A stretch of DNA of 64,000 bases from Octopus bimaculoides (GCF_001194135.2 NC_069002.1:19163333-19227332), one strand, 5' to 3'; counted from the stretch's first letter, positions 26,991 to 40,207 are shown. Translations and numbers: made by a program. The notes: generated from the letters alone by a model not told the origin.

Positions 26991-28728
26991 TCCTCCCCTC
27001 GCACACGCGCGCGCGCGCACACACACACGCACGCACGCACACGCACACGCACACACACACACACACACNNNNNNNNNNNNNNNNNNNNNNNNNNNNNNNN
27101 NNNNNNNNNNNNNNNNNNNNNNNNNNNNNNNNNNNNNNNNNNNNNNNNNNNNNNNNNNNNNNNNNNNNNNNNNNNNNNNNNNNNNNNNNNNNNNNNNNNN
27201 NNNNNNNNNNNNNNNNNNNNNNNNNNNNNNNNNNNNNNNNNNNNNNNNNNNNNNNNNNNNNNNNNNNNNNNNNNNNNNNNNNNNNNNNNNNNNNNNNNNN
27301 NNNNNNNNNNNNNNNNNNNNNNNNNNNNNNNNNNNNNNNNNNNNNNNNNNNNNNNNNNNNNNNNNNNNNNNNNNNNNNNNNNNNNNNNNNNNNNNNNNNN
27401 NNNNNNNNNNNNNNNNNNNNNNNNNNNNNNNNNNNNNNNNNNNNNNNNNNNNNNNNNNNNNNNNNNNNNNNNNNNNNNNNNNNNNNNNNNNNNNNNNNNN
27501 NNNNNNNNNNNNNNNNNNNNNNNNNNNNNNNNNNNNNNNNNNNNNNNNNNNNATGTATGGTTTCATCGTATAAAAGAGGGTTAATAAGATTTTGTCCAGA
27601 AATCACGTTTTTAAAATTTTAAACTCCTCCCCTCCCCACCGCAATTTCTTAATTTGTAACTTTTCCGATCTTTTTTTTCTTTTTTTTTTTGTTATCTACG
27701 TAGAAAAATACAGAGATTACGAATATGAGAAATATGAATATTCTTTTACAGATTAATTGTTCTTGAAGAAACGCGCAATGCCCCTTTCCCCACCTCGCTT
27801 ACTCATCACCTGTCCCCTATCAAAAAGCTAAAATCTCCCAATCTTTCACTTTTTTCTGATGTTTCCCGCATGCGTAGAATTCTACTGAAATAGCAGACAT
27901 AAAAATATTAGAGCACCACCAGAAAACCCGACAAGCTAGAAACAACAGGTAAACGACATTTCTGAAGAGTAAGCTGCTTTTTGAAAGTGGTGAGGTAATG
28001 GGTAAAATTAACTTCTTTGGAGGACATTCTCGCATTCGTTGTTTGCGTTAACGAGTCTTAAACTTTATACTGACCTTAGAAACTATGTATGGTTTCATCG
28101 TATAAAAGGGGATGAGCAAACACGACCTTCTCCACCTTCCCTCCCCAATCAAAATATATATAAACGAAAACACTTCTATCAACAAACATTTTTATCCAAA
28201 GACATGTATCTGACACCTCATTAACACCACCACCCCAGACACACACCTAAGACATAGAAAATTACTAAAAGAAAGAATTTGGAAAAACATCTGGTCATTA
28301 GATTTCTGACCAAAGGTCAACTATTCAAATGGCTTCACAAAACATTCCTTTAACACCCCAGCACCTCCCATCTCCACCCCCAATCAAGTATTTTGTGTTG
28401 ACCATCCACCACTTTCTTTCAGCTATCATTCATCAACAGTTTTTCACTCTCACACTGATTAACAGACCCCAACTCAAATACGCCCAAATCCCATTTTTAG
28501 AATCACAAAACCTCAAATGCTTAGATCTGTTTGACAACGAAGTTAACAAGAATTTTTTAACATAGAAGTCAAGAATTTTTTTATAATTCTCCACACCCAA
28601 GTTAACAAAGAACTTACTAGAGCTGTGAACTAAAATTTATATTATTAAAATATTAAAAAATAATAAATTAAACTGATTAGAACTACCAGTGAAATCATTC
28701 TTTTTCTTTTTAAAAAAAAACCCAAACG

Positions 28729-28778
<50 letters not shown>

Positions 28779-28786
28779 CATATATA

Positions 28787-30007
28787 CAGCGTGCACCTTT
28801 TTGGGGTCATTGCTGCATTTTTGTTAACTCTGTATAATCTCTGTTTTAGAAACTAATAATGGCAGACGCTCAGCTTACTGAAGAAATGAAGAAACATGCT
28901 GGTTTTGTGCTGAGCATAGCCATTTAGAAATATCTACAATGTTTCTAAGGGGCTAAAGACTGAAAATGGAAACGTATCACCAATATCAAAGCATCAAAAG
29001 CAATCTAAACTCTCTGAAATCATCAGAACATCTGAATTTATTCAGCAAGTTCAACAGAACATTGATTACAATCCCAGAAAGTCCATGTGGTCATTTGCAA
29101 AATATATCAATGTGACAGAAGGAACAGTTAGAAATGTTGTTCACGAAGACATTAGACATAAGTCTTGTATGACGAGGAAAGGTCAATTTGTCAGAAAAAG
29201 CAAAAGAAAATCACTACACTAGATCTAAAAGGCTCTTAAACAAACTGAAAAATGCAGCAGAAGATTTGATTTGGTTTTTCTCAAACGACAAAAACTTCGA
29301 CCGAGATCAAAAACTTAATCGAAGAAATGACAAATGGTTATGTGCAGACCCATCAGAAGTTCCACGTATTGTGCATACAAAATTTCCTGCAACTGTCGTG
29401 CTTTTAGCGGTTGTCAGCAACGAAGGACATGTGATACCTCCTTATTTCATTCCACATGGCTTTAGAGTTAATTCTGCCGCTTACATTGAAGTCTTGGAAA
29501 TAATTGTTAAGACCTAGATAGACAGTGTATGCAATTGAAGGCCATATGTCATACAGTAAGACTCTGCACTATCACACATGGCTCAAGTAACACAGGAATG
29601 GATGGCTGAAAATTTTCCTGATCACATAACCCCTAACATTTGGCATTCTAATTCTCCAAATTNNNNNNNNNNCCCTAACATTTGGCATTCTAATTCTCCA
29701 AATTTCAATTCATTGCACTATTACAAGTGGAGGGTTGTTGAGCGAGAGGTCAATGAACACGCCCATAACACCAAAGATTCCTTCAAAGCTGCTATAGTCA
29801 GAGTAATGTCCAAAATGAACCATCACCACTTGATTCGAACATGTAGATGATTTACATTTCATATAGAAGTTGTTAAAGCTGAAGGTGGTTTTATTGAATA
29901 ACATTATAGAAAAGAAGGTTTAATTTTATCCTCATAGCATTTTTTTGATAAATAAAGTTATTATCTTTTATTATATAATGGTTTTTTTTAATAAACATAA
30001 ATGTGTC
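28787..30007 (+). mobile_element. maT (DD37D) transposon, near full length, inactivated
   Basis: TA|CAGCGTGCAC left end; WFFSNDKNF..VVSNEGHVIPPYF..Q*DSALSH..SNSPNFNSLHY, with 37 residues between the second and third catalytic positions; stops and frameshifts present. Confidence 0.92.
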
Positions 30008-30063
30008 CNNNNNNNNNNNNNNNNNNNNNNNNNNNNNNNNNNNNNNNNNNNNNNNNNNNNNNN

Positions 30064-30106
<43 letters not shown>

Positions 30107-30190
30107 ATATATATAGATAGATATATATTTGACAGGAAGGACAAAAAAAGAAAGAAAGATACCTCGATATTATGCAAATAGAGGAATTTA

Positions 30191-30529
30191 TCTGTAAAAA
30201 TATGTGACACTTATTCGGTAGCCATGATAAAACTCCGAGTTTCGGATGCCAGGTTGGTAGCCCACGCCAACATCTCTTCAGTTATCCGGTCATTGAAAAT
30301 TCCTGCGTGCGTATATGGATATATGCGTGCATGCGATAATATACGCAGTTTTAGACGCGTTTGGACCTTGTTACTACACAGCAATTTCCCTTTGTTTTTA
30401 ACGGTCATTCTTCACAGGAATTTTCAATGACCAGATAACTGAAGAGATGTTGGCGTGGGCTCCCACCCTAGCATCCGACAGTCGGAGTTTTATCATGGTT
30501 ACTGAATAAGGGTCACATATTTTTACAGA
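30191..30529. mobile_element. Foldback MITE with 115-bp inverted arms
   Basis: Arms 30191-30305 and 30415-30529 have 9 mismatches by manual alignment; TA on both flanks. Confidence 0.85.
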
Positions 30530-31892
30530 TATATATATATATATATATATATGCATATATACGTCATACATACCTACACATATACATGCATATGTACGTA
30601 TGTGTGTGTGTGTGCGCGCGCATGCGTTAGCACGCCATTTTATACGGTTGAAATTGGAGAGAAACGAAAGCAATGTGTGTTACCTTCACTAAATTCGACG
30701 CTGCAGATCCATCCATTATCGATCATCTTAGTTCAAGTTTGTAAAACAAGAATCTCTACAATATTTATTTCACGTGGTCTCCACTTAAAATTTTCTGGCA
30801 AATTCCAATATTCTGTGGTTGTGAAAGAAAAACATTCTTAGTTGAATGAGTTCTTACTACTTTTACCTTCCTTTTAGATTGGCCAAGAAAGACTATAAAC
30901 TGATGCTAAGCATCCGGTAGTAGCCATCCAATCTTTTTCTTTCCTTAGACATTGTAACTTGGACTATATCAGACTAAACTTCTTTCAGTTTTTGAAAGCT
31001 GCGATGTAATTTGAGAAAGATTCAGTAGCTTTTTATAACAGATAGAATGGCAACGAATAGTCTCCATCGTTGGATAACTTGTGTTTATGTGAGTGTGTAT
31101 TTGTGTATATGTGTGGATGTTTGTGCGCGTGCGTGACTTTTCACATCTATGTCTTCAAATACTTGAAAGTATCGTGTGCACGAAATCGGTAGTTTTCTTC
31201 ACCTATTTCTAGACGACATATCTTCAAATGGAAATTAATTTTGTTTCAGTTCAATTTACGATCATATGATGTGCAAACCTGAGCTGTAGATCTTTATTCT
31301 CATGGTGATGTTGCAGCTTTGCTAATGCTTATGTTTCCTAATGTAATTACAATCAGATAATAATGACTATTACATCCGGATTACATATTCTCCCTATTCT
31401 TTAGTTCAGTTTATGATTTCAGTTTATATCATTTCGCCCTCTTTCTCTTGGTTCATATTGATCGCCAGATGGCTCTATCCTTTTCCATTCGCCTGTTCAA
31501 AATGCAATTTGCAAAGAGACAGCCGTCAGTGGTGTCGTTTTATTTTCCTTCATAGAACAAATACAACTACATGTAATTCTGTCAAAATCTTCATATGTTG
31601 AGATTTTCGCCCCTGTTTTATGACATAAGCCACAAATCTGTATCATCACTTAATGGTCACAGTTATTGGTGTCAGGCGTATCAGTTATTTCCCCTCATGA
31701 GTGTGTATGAAAGTCTGTGTGTGCACATATATATATAGGGATATGCGCATGTATAAAGGAGTGTTTGTAAGTAGACATATGGAATGCGTTTGAGCAATCA
31801 ATCATACGTACATGCGCACACAAACGCACACTCACACATTAATGCGTGTGAATGTGGTTAAATGAATCATAGTTGAATGTATACACTCATAT

Positions 31893-31946
<54 letters not shown>

Positions 31947-33029
31947 TTGCAAGCAGATGTGCGGATTATATGTAGGTATGTGTGTTAATATGTACGCATG
32001 GCTACATTCATATGTGCAGAGTTGATTATACATGTGGACCTATATATGCGCATAACAGTGTTACCATATGTTTAATACATTCACGCGTACACGCAAACAC
32101 TAGAATGCATGACTCTGCTTCCATATCTATCAATTTGTTCTTATATTGTCATGTTTGCCATCTCTCACCAATCTGACTCTTCTTTTTAAATATATACCAG
32201 GCTTTGTTACTAGTATAATACCCGACTCTTTGCTCACAACAAGATCAGGAAATTTGAATTTTACATTCTTTGTCCTTATCAAATTTTACATTTTTTAACA
32301 CAATGTGTCTTTCAAAGAATTTTTATAAAAAGTTACTTCTCTTTTCATTTTCAGGAAAATGGTATACAAACTGTTTTTAATTGAGGAAATTATTGAAGGT
32401 TTTATAAACAATCGTAGTGTGTGATATTTTTTAAACTCATTGTTTATTTTCAAAGTAGCTTCTTTTATATTCTGCAAAATAACTATAAGCATCATACAAT
32501 ATTTATATTGACTTCGAGACTTCTCTATAAACAACATTCATACGTTGTTTTATTAAGAAGTATCTTTATTGCTGATTTGACATGACTGATATTTCTAGCA
32601 GGTGAGTAACCGAATAGTGACTCATATTCGTGAATATGCACATGTGAGTTACACGTATGTTAAAGGGAATTTTTACAATAATTTGGTCAACGATACAAGC
32701 GTAAAATTTCGGTAAAATATATTAATAAAATCTTGCACGTAATCAAAGTTATAAACGATAAATTTTATTTTGATTCATGATAATGAAGTTTTCATGTCAT
32801 TTTTTTAATATTTCCCGATAATTGTATATAAACAAATATTTAAGTGGAAAATGATATATTTGCAGAGCTATGTGCTGATCTACACAATGAAGGTTTATAT
32901 AAATCTATAGCTATTTTCATTTATGTTCTCTTTTTCCATTCGCCTTGTCTTTATATTTCTCCTTTCATTTCCAATTCTATAACAGCATCTTTTGAAAGAA
33001 TTATTGATAGACAATCTTTTTTGCTGACA

Positions 33030-34130
33030 TAAATAAAAAAAAAGCTGTTAATTGATAAACTAATCATCAGAAACTGGAAGAGAAGGCACACAGTCTTGAG
33101 CAGTATATGGATTGATTACCGTAAAATATACCACATTCTTGAATAACATGAACTATGGGAATGTATGGAATAGCAGAAAATATGAGATGCCTTATATGGA
33201 ACACTACGAAATAATGGAGAAATGAATTGACAGCAGAATATCTGGTATTAGGAAACGTTAAAATCAGGAAAAGAATCTTGCAGAGGGACAGACAATGCGT
33301 TCGCTTTGATCTTTGTCCCGGAAATGATCTTGAGTATTGCCGGCGACGAGGTTGAAGTATGATATGGGAAATGGTGGGGGAAAACGTAAGCAAATGTTAT
33401 TCATGAATGACTTGAAGTTGTTCACAAAATGTGATACAGAATGGACAATCTAAACCAGTCTGTGCGGATTTTCTCGAATGATGCCAAGATGGAGTTTAGA
33501 CTTTCAGAATGTGCTACGAGGGTTATGAGACGAGGAAAGCTTCTCAGGACAGGAGGCATATGTATGACAAGTGGTGAAATGATGATGAAATTATGCGACA
33601 AGTGGGCTCAAGAGGGAGGCAAGATGTGGCATGAGCACATACCGCCGAGAGTGGCGAAGTTGGAGATCCGCAAAATCCTGGGGAAGTTACTACTCCTGAC
33701 AGATCTAGCTGGATCTAGTGGTGGTAGACAAGATGCACCACAAGTGCTATATATTTTATATTGCGTGCCCCTATGACCTACTAATAGTCAAGCATAAAGA
33801 TATGAAAATGAGCATATACAATCGTCTTAAGTACGAGATAGCCTGGCTATGGAAATTGAAGGGGAAAATAGTGCCAATTATCGTTGGGTCATTGGGAACA
33901 TTATGAGGAGGCATCAAGACGAATATAAAAGAAATCGAAAGAGAGAGAGAGCCCAGTAGAGCTGTTACAACAAAAAGTTTGCCATCTTTGCATAGTCAGA
34001 ATAATCAGTAAAGTACAAGATAGCTGAAAGGAACAGATACCATGGTACCGTCGGTTGCAGATAGGAAGATCGCTGCGCATGCAAAATTCCAGAAGTCCCC
34101 CCCCCCAAAAAAAAACAGAGTTGAAAAAGG
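33030..34130 (+). mobile_element. R4/Dong-clade non-LTR retrotransposon remnant (RT + RLE), deleted
   Basis: LIDKLII..WIDY; LLFMNDLKLF..SVRIFSNDAKMEFRLSECA..RGK; LKYEIAWLWKLKGKIVPIIVGSLG. Confidence 0.8.
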
Positions 34131-34164
34131 ATAACAACAACAACAGCAATAAGAATAAGAATAA

Positions 34165-34453
34165 TAACGATGGAAGTAGAAAATAGAGAGATTTTATGCA
34201 ATGAAGAGATTGATCGTGATACCAATAGTGATTGGCAAGCTAGGAATTATCGGTACACAACTACCAATATGTCTCAAAAATACAGGTACAAACATGAAGA
34301 CAGAACATCTACCAAAATCATCATTGCTTCGAACTTCAAGAGTCCTCTGCAGAGTCCTTGAAGCATGATCAGTCAACGAGTGTCACCTTAGTCTGCTGGC
34401 TGTGGACAGTTGACACTTTCCATCACACTCAACAAAATAAGCTTACAGTTTTC
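34165..34453 (+). mobile_element. R4/Dong-like 3' end followed by (ATA)n
   Basis: LIVIPIVIGKLGII..EHLPKSSLLRTSRVLCRVLEA*, then a 3' UTR, then a microsatellite. Confidence 0.8.
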
Positions 34454-34505
<52 letters not shown>

Positions 34506-34709
34506 TAATCTTTTGTTTATTGGCCACCAGGGTCGAACACAAAACATGGAGGACGATGCATTATTCACATTATTTATGTGTGTGTGTCTGTCTGTGTGTG
34601 TGTATGTATATATATGTGTAGGTCTGTATGTATATATGCACGTATGTCTACATAACAAATGCACACGTGTGTGGGAAATACTGCATTTGTTTAATATGAA
34701 TAACTCGAC

Positions 34710-34937
34710 CAGTAGTTCCCAAAGGTAGTACTGGGTATCCATGAACTAAATTCAAAATTTCATACATACAAACATACACACATACACACATACATACATA
34801 CATACATACATACATACATAATACATACATACATACATACATACATACATACATAAGGATAAGCATATTAAAGGGTCCGTGGAAAAACACATTTGAATAA
34901 AAAGGGTCTTTGGTAATGAAAAAGTTGGGAACCACTG
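34710..34937. mobile_element. hAT-type MITE
   Basis: TIRs cagtagttcccaa / ttgggaaccactg; flanks aactcgac (left) and aa+aactagac (right) form a near 8-bp TSD. Confidence 0.7.
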
Positions 34938-35025
34938 AAAACTAGACTATCACCGTTTTCCCCTTTCTCTGTCATTCAAGAACTGGTCCACTCCCTCTTC
35001 CTTTCCCTCTTTCTGTCTGTCTCAC

Positions 35026-35400
35026 CTTCAACATACTTGCCTCTCCACTTTCCCTCCCATTTTCCTCAAATTTGTTGAAAGCATCCCTCCTTGCTCTCAC
35101 TTTCCGTTTAAACTTGAATTATTTGACAAGGACGTTCACGGTGAGAGAACCTCGTGTCTGTGATTCAGTCCAAGCTTTAGTTTTGTTAAACCCATCGGCA
35201 CCACCGTCACCAATATTTATCACTCGATCTCCGTTTCCCCTTCCGTGTCACGAGTGACTAAAAGAAGCCACTCGTCATCGAATTTTGAACCTGGGGATGA
35301 GGAGAGTTCATCGCCCGTCTCTGAACCTGCATCCGGTTACTCTCGGATTTTCTACTCGTTAATCGGTTTTGTAATTTGTTGAAGTGATATTAAAGTTATT
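35026..35400 (-). other. Candidate CpG-rich first exon (5' UTR plus ATG TTG AAG)
   Basis: Strong donor AAG|gtgaga at 35026/35025; in-frame ATG at 35034 with an upstream in-frame stop; CpG-rich unique sequence upstream. The 5' end is unknown. Confidence 0.3.
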
Positions 35401-36200
35401 GTTTTTCAAATCAAAACCTCATAAAACAATGCGTGAGAAAAATACTAAAAAATCCAGGAAATTACAGTAAAATCTGAACGAATTCTTCTTTTGTAGAGTT
35501 ATTCAAATTCATTCTATCTCGCCCCTCTCTCCATCCCTCTCCTTCTCTTTCTCTCTCAAGCTCCACCCCCTCTCTCTAATACAACCCCTCTCATACGTTT
35601 AAATTAATGTTAATTTCTGCTACAGCGAATCTTACGGGCAACGAAAATTAATAGTTTACAGATAAATCAGTTTAATCTCCTCGAAATAAAATGTCGTTAA
35701 TGTTATTCAAATATGTCAGCAGTTACAACTACGGCCAAATTCTAAGGATTTCCTCGAATCCGAAAACAATATACAAGAACGTTACGGGCTGCAAAAATTA
35801 AAGTAATTCCTTTGGAATTAATAGGTTCAGTAAAACGAGAGAAAGCTTTTGAGCATTATTAGTGAAGGAAGTTGTACTGTGCTATCGCCAAAGCAGGTAA
35901 TAGGGGAAATAGTGAAAGTTAGGATTGTCAAGGATGTATTTGATTGCTGTCGGGAGGTGGAACAATTTCATACAGCAATCGGAAGTGTTATATTGATGTC
36001 GATCGCCGGCGCCTTATCGTTCTACTTAAATGCAATATGTGTGTGAGTTCGTGTGTGTTCGTGTTTGTGTCCGGGTGAATATGTGTGTGTGTGTGTGTGC
36101 GTGCGTGCGCGTGTGAGTGTGTGTGCGTGCGGGTGCGTGTATGTGTGTGTATCTATGGTTGCTGATGTAAACGTAAATAGAACTCAAAACATTAGTACAT

Positions 36201-36265
<65 letters not shown>

Positions 36266-36383
36266 ATGGTTCATAATCGGTAGAACGAACTGAATGAAGC
36301 ATGGGACGAGAATTTCGTGCACTGATTTGATAAATATACTTACACGAAACACTAGTGTTTGAGACGGTGTGTAACTATTGCCG

Positions 36384-36452
<69 letters not shown>

Positions 36453-36492
36453 AATAATAATAATAATTATAATAATAATAATAATAATAATA

Positions 36493-36650
36493 ACATCGAA
36501 AAATACCTTAGGAATGAGAACCCAGGTTCGAAATTTCTCCGAGACACCTGATGAAGGCTGGAGGGTATGTCAGCCGAAACGTTGTGTTAACAACAAACAG
36601 GATGAAGGCAAACATCCGTCAAATATAAATAATGTAAATAATGCAAATAA
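36493..36650 (+). mobile_element. Penelope-like terminal repeat fragment
   Basis: Contains CTGATGAAGGCTG..CAGCCGAAAC; embedded in an AAT microsatellite. Confidence 0.55.
36543..36588 (+). ncRNA. Minimal type I hammerhead ribozyme motif
   Basis: GACAC-CTGATGA-A-GGCTG(loop)CAGCC-GAAA-C-GTT-GTGTT: stem I 5 bp (one G.U), stem II 5 bp, palindromic stem III. Confidence 0.65.
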
Positions 36651-36679
36651 AAGTCTATTTTGACTGGTAATACCTTTCG

Positions 36680-38490
36680 TGCTCAGGTTAAGGAGTTAGT
36701 GCAGAGGGCATTAATCGGCACCATTATTAATAATAGGAGGTGGTATGCCCTCAAATGCGTCATTCATTCTCAGTAAATCAGATTTAGCAAACAGTTAAGT
36801 CTAGATAAGATCACAATAGAAGGGACCTTAATTAAGGAATTAGATAATGCCATGGAATCGGACTCTAAATCCAAAGTGGTGGCGGCAAAAGCAGTTTTTA
36901 CCGTCATCTCAAAGCCAAATGCAAAGCGTGTTGAGTCAGAGCTAAACTTCGTGCAGTGGGAAGAGAAAGTATTAACGTTGCCGGATGGGCATGTGTGGAG
37001 AGTCGGAGAGGCAGAGAAACCTCTATCAAGTCTTTAACGGACGAACAGGGGCGTTCGATGGAAGGATAGGAGGAGACACTAATGGCTTTTCACCNNNNNN
37101 NNNNNNNNNNNNNNNNNNNNNNNNNNNNNNNNNNNNNNNNNNNNNNNNNNNNNNNNNNNNNNNNNNNNNNNNNNNNNNNNNNNNNNNNNNNNNNNNNNNN
37201 NNNNNNNNNNNNNNNNNNNNNNNNNNNNNACGGAAGTTGAAGAGGTGCTGGCTGAGTGCGTCGAGGACAAATCGCCGGGGCTAGATGGTCTGCCCTATGA
37301 ATTTTATTGTAGCATGGAGGACTTGTTCGAGCACTTGCTGGCCTGCATCTACACAAACTGGCAGCAGAATGAGACGTTTTTCTAGCTCTGTGAGTCGAGA
37401 GTGGTGACGCTGATCAGAAAAGAACCGAGCAAGGGGAAACCTATCAGCAGTTTTAGGCCCATAACTCTACTTAATGTAGAGTTAAAGATTTTGGCCAAGG
37501 TGCTAGCAAAGGGGTTGGCGCGTGTCACGGAGAAACTTGTTGGGAGAGCGCAGACATGCGTCATCCCAGACAAGTCAATCCAGGACAGTCTCCATCTCCT
37601 GCACTACACCTTAGAACGGGTGGGTAAGTTATCCGGTAAAGGTGGGGAACTGGTCCATTTAGACCAGAGTAAAGCTTTTGATAGGGTAGACCACCAGTAC
37701 CTGGCGGCTGGACTGGGCCCGGATTTCCGTGATTGGATCACTGCTATTTATGGCGACATCAAATCTACAGTTCAGATAAACGGTTACCTGTCGGCGCCTT
37801 TTATAATTTCGCGCTCGATTCCTCAGTGGTGCCCCCTGTCTCCGCTTCTGTACGTACTGGCTCTTGAGTCATTGCTGCGGAGGTTGGAGAGTTTTTTTGG
37901 GGGCATCCCCAATGAATTGGGATGTGGTAAGTCTGTTTCTCCATATGCGGATGATGTTACAATCACCGTATCTGATGAAGCTCAGTTATCTTGTGTAGAG
38001 GATGCAATCAAAGGATACAAGGCTGTGGCAGGGGCAAAAATTAACAGGGACAAGTCCGTCGGCTTGTGATTCGTCACCTGGAGTGGCAAGACGATACCGT
38101 TTAGTGTCGTGGGGCACTGGATGGAAGGTCCAGTTAAATTACTTAGAGTCTGGTTTGGACCGGACTCCCAGTCGGAGAAGAATTTGGAGTGAGGTGGCAG
38201 ACAGAGTGACGGACCTGGTGTGGAAGGGTGCCATCCCTGAAAGGGAGGGCGGAGGTAGTGCATGTGTTATCTCCTACCGTCTGACCATTGTCCGTTGCTC
38301 TGATTCATGGCTAAACAAGTTGGAACGCCTTCTCTTCCACTTTTTCTAGAGGAGGGAAACCGTTTGTGAGGCACTCCGTCTGCTGCCAAAAAACCGCAAA
38401 AGAGTGGGTTAGGGATGCTGGGGCTGATGATGTGCAGACATGTGCTGAGGCTTAGGCATTGCTGGCCCTACCTGGAGGGTGACCGGGTGG
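36680..38490 (+). mobile_element. Tx1/L1-clade LINE ORF2 fragment (RT)
   Basis: KSPGLDGLPYEFY, FRPITLLNVELKILAK, LDQSKAFDRVDH, CPLSPLLYVLALE and YADDVT; ORF 37401-38069 with stops either side. Confidence 0.92.
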
Positions 38491-39689
38491 GGAATCCGCA
38501 ATATGGAATCGTAACATATAATTGCCAACTAAGTGTGGTGTCCGTTGCAGGACAACGCTACTGGTGTTTATAGCCCCAGGAAAACATCTCCTCCAGCCAT
38601 CTAACTACACACATTCTGTGTCCGATTAGTATTTGCGAGGGGATGTCATCGCTCCCAAGCATTAAGTGATACACACGGACTGGAGTTTCTGGGTGGTTAC
38701 CAGTCCTCAGCGTGTGTTCATCACCAGCTAGTGATGAAAACTCACCCCAAAATACTATATGCTTTTTCCAGCGATGAATCGTCGCAGATCTCGAAGGAGA
38801 TCATTAAATCTCTGATAATTCTGAAACACTGTCCTTGATCTCATTTGGGTCAGCTCTGCGTGGTGTTGGTGTGAATTTTAACCCTTTAGTTAGAAATTAA
38901 AAATAAAGAACTTACCGCATCTAATGGATGATACAAACCAGAATTAAGTAGAGAACACAATAAAAAAATTAAAAAAAATTAAAATTACAGATTTCTCCTC
39001 TTTTCTGCAAAATAAATGAGTGAACAATTATCTCCCCGAGCAATATTTTTCCCCCTTGCAATTTATCTCTTTCAATTATCTTTTGATGAGCAATACGAGA
39101 CCGGTCCTTACATCAATTATGTTGAAAGAACAAAATCTTATTTTGCACAAAATTGTATATCTTTATTATCTTGGATGGCTCTAATATACTCTTACATCCT
39201 GTAAAATAAATTTTCTGTGTTTTTTCATCTTTTCTCTTTCTATATATATTCACCACGTGTGTTTCCCACTAAAATATTTTCAACCTGAAATATATATACA
39301 TACATACATGTACATATGTATATGTATATGCACACATGTATATCTATATACATATACATACATTCACTCATACATACATGCATGCATTCATACATGCACA
39401 CATACATGCATACATACACGCATAATACACATATCTTATCTTAGCTACTTTCTGGTAAGCCATTACTAGAAAGAATTATTAAAATAAGTGAATGTTGATG
39501 CAATATGAGGCCATTGCATGACACTTGAGCCTGGCGAAAATTTGCACATTTTTATACATAATGCACAGCCGAGCTGGCTGAAGAAATAGGCGCTACGGTA
39601 TAAACTCTTTTGACATGCCTTTTCAATCCTCCAACTGCGTGACACACTTTTCTACGTTACACATATTGTGGACAATAACCATATCATAA

Positions 39690-40075
39690 TTTACCATGGG
39701 TCGATTCCTGTGAGTTCTCTTATGACTGACCAGGCCCGTACGACTCAAGCACCTCCTCTCGCAAACCACACTCTACCAAAAGCAACACTCCTTCATTCTT
39801 TCTAAGACTTCCTTCTTTCTAAGACTTCCTTCTTAGACTTCTAATCTTCTCGTACTTCATTCTCTCTCCTTCAAACCACGAACATCCACTGTCCAATCTC
39901 TTCCTCCATCCATCTCGGTTTTGTGCCTCCCTATCCCAATCAACAACTGAAGCTCCTGTCTGTGTCAGAGCAATTCTTGAACCTCATCTTAGGTTTATGT
40001 GCTGTTCTCCTACCATCTTTCAACTCACCATTGGTCGAGAGCAACCAATGACACTCCAGAGCGACCTGACATAAC
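39690..40075 (-). mobile_element. RTE-clade LINE 3' fragment
   Basis: GELKDGRRTAHKPKMRFKN, AQNRDGWRKRL and RCLSRTGLVSHKRTH (RTE C-terminal motif). Confidence 0.8.
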
Positions 40076-40176
40076 ATACATAAATACATGCATACATAAC
40101 ACGCCTGAATGCATACATACGTACATACATACATGCATTCATAGATACATGCATGCATACATACATACATACATAT

Positions 40177-40207
<31 letters not shown>

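Noticed and set aside
29633-29704. Duplicated ccctaacatttggcattctaattctccaaatt inside the maT element
   Set aside because: The copies flank a 10-N gap; an overlapping-contig artefact.
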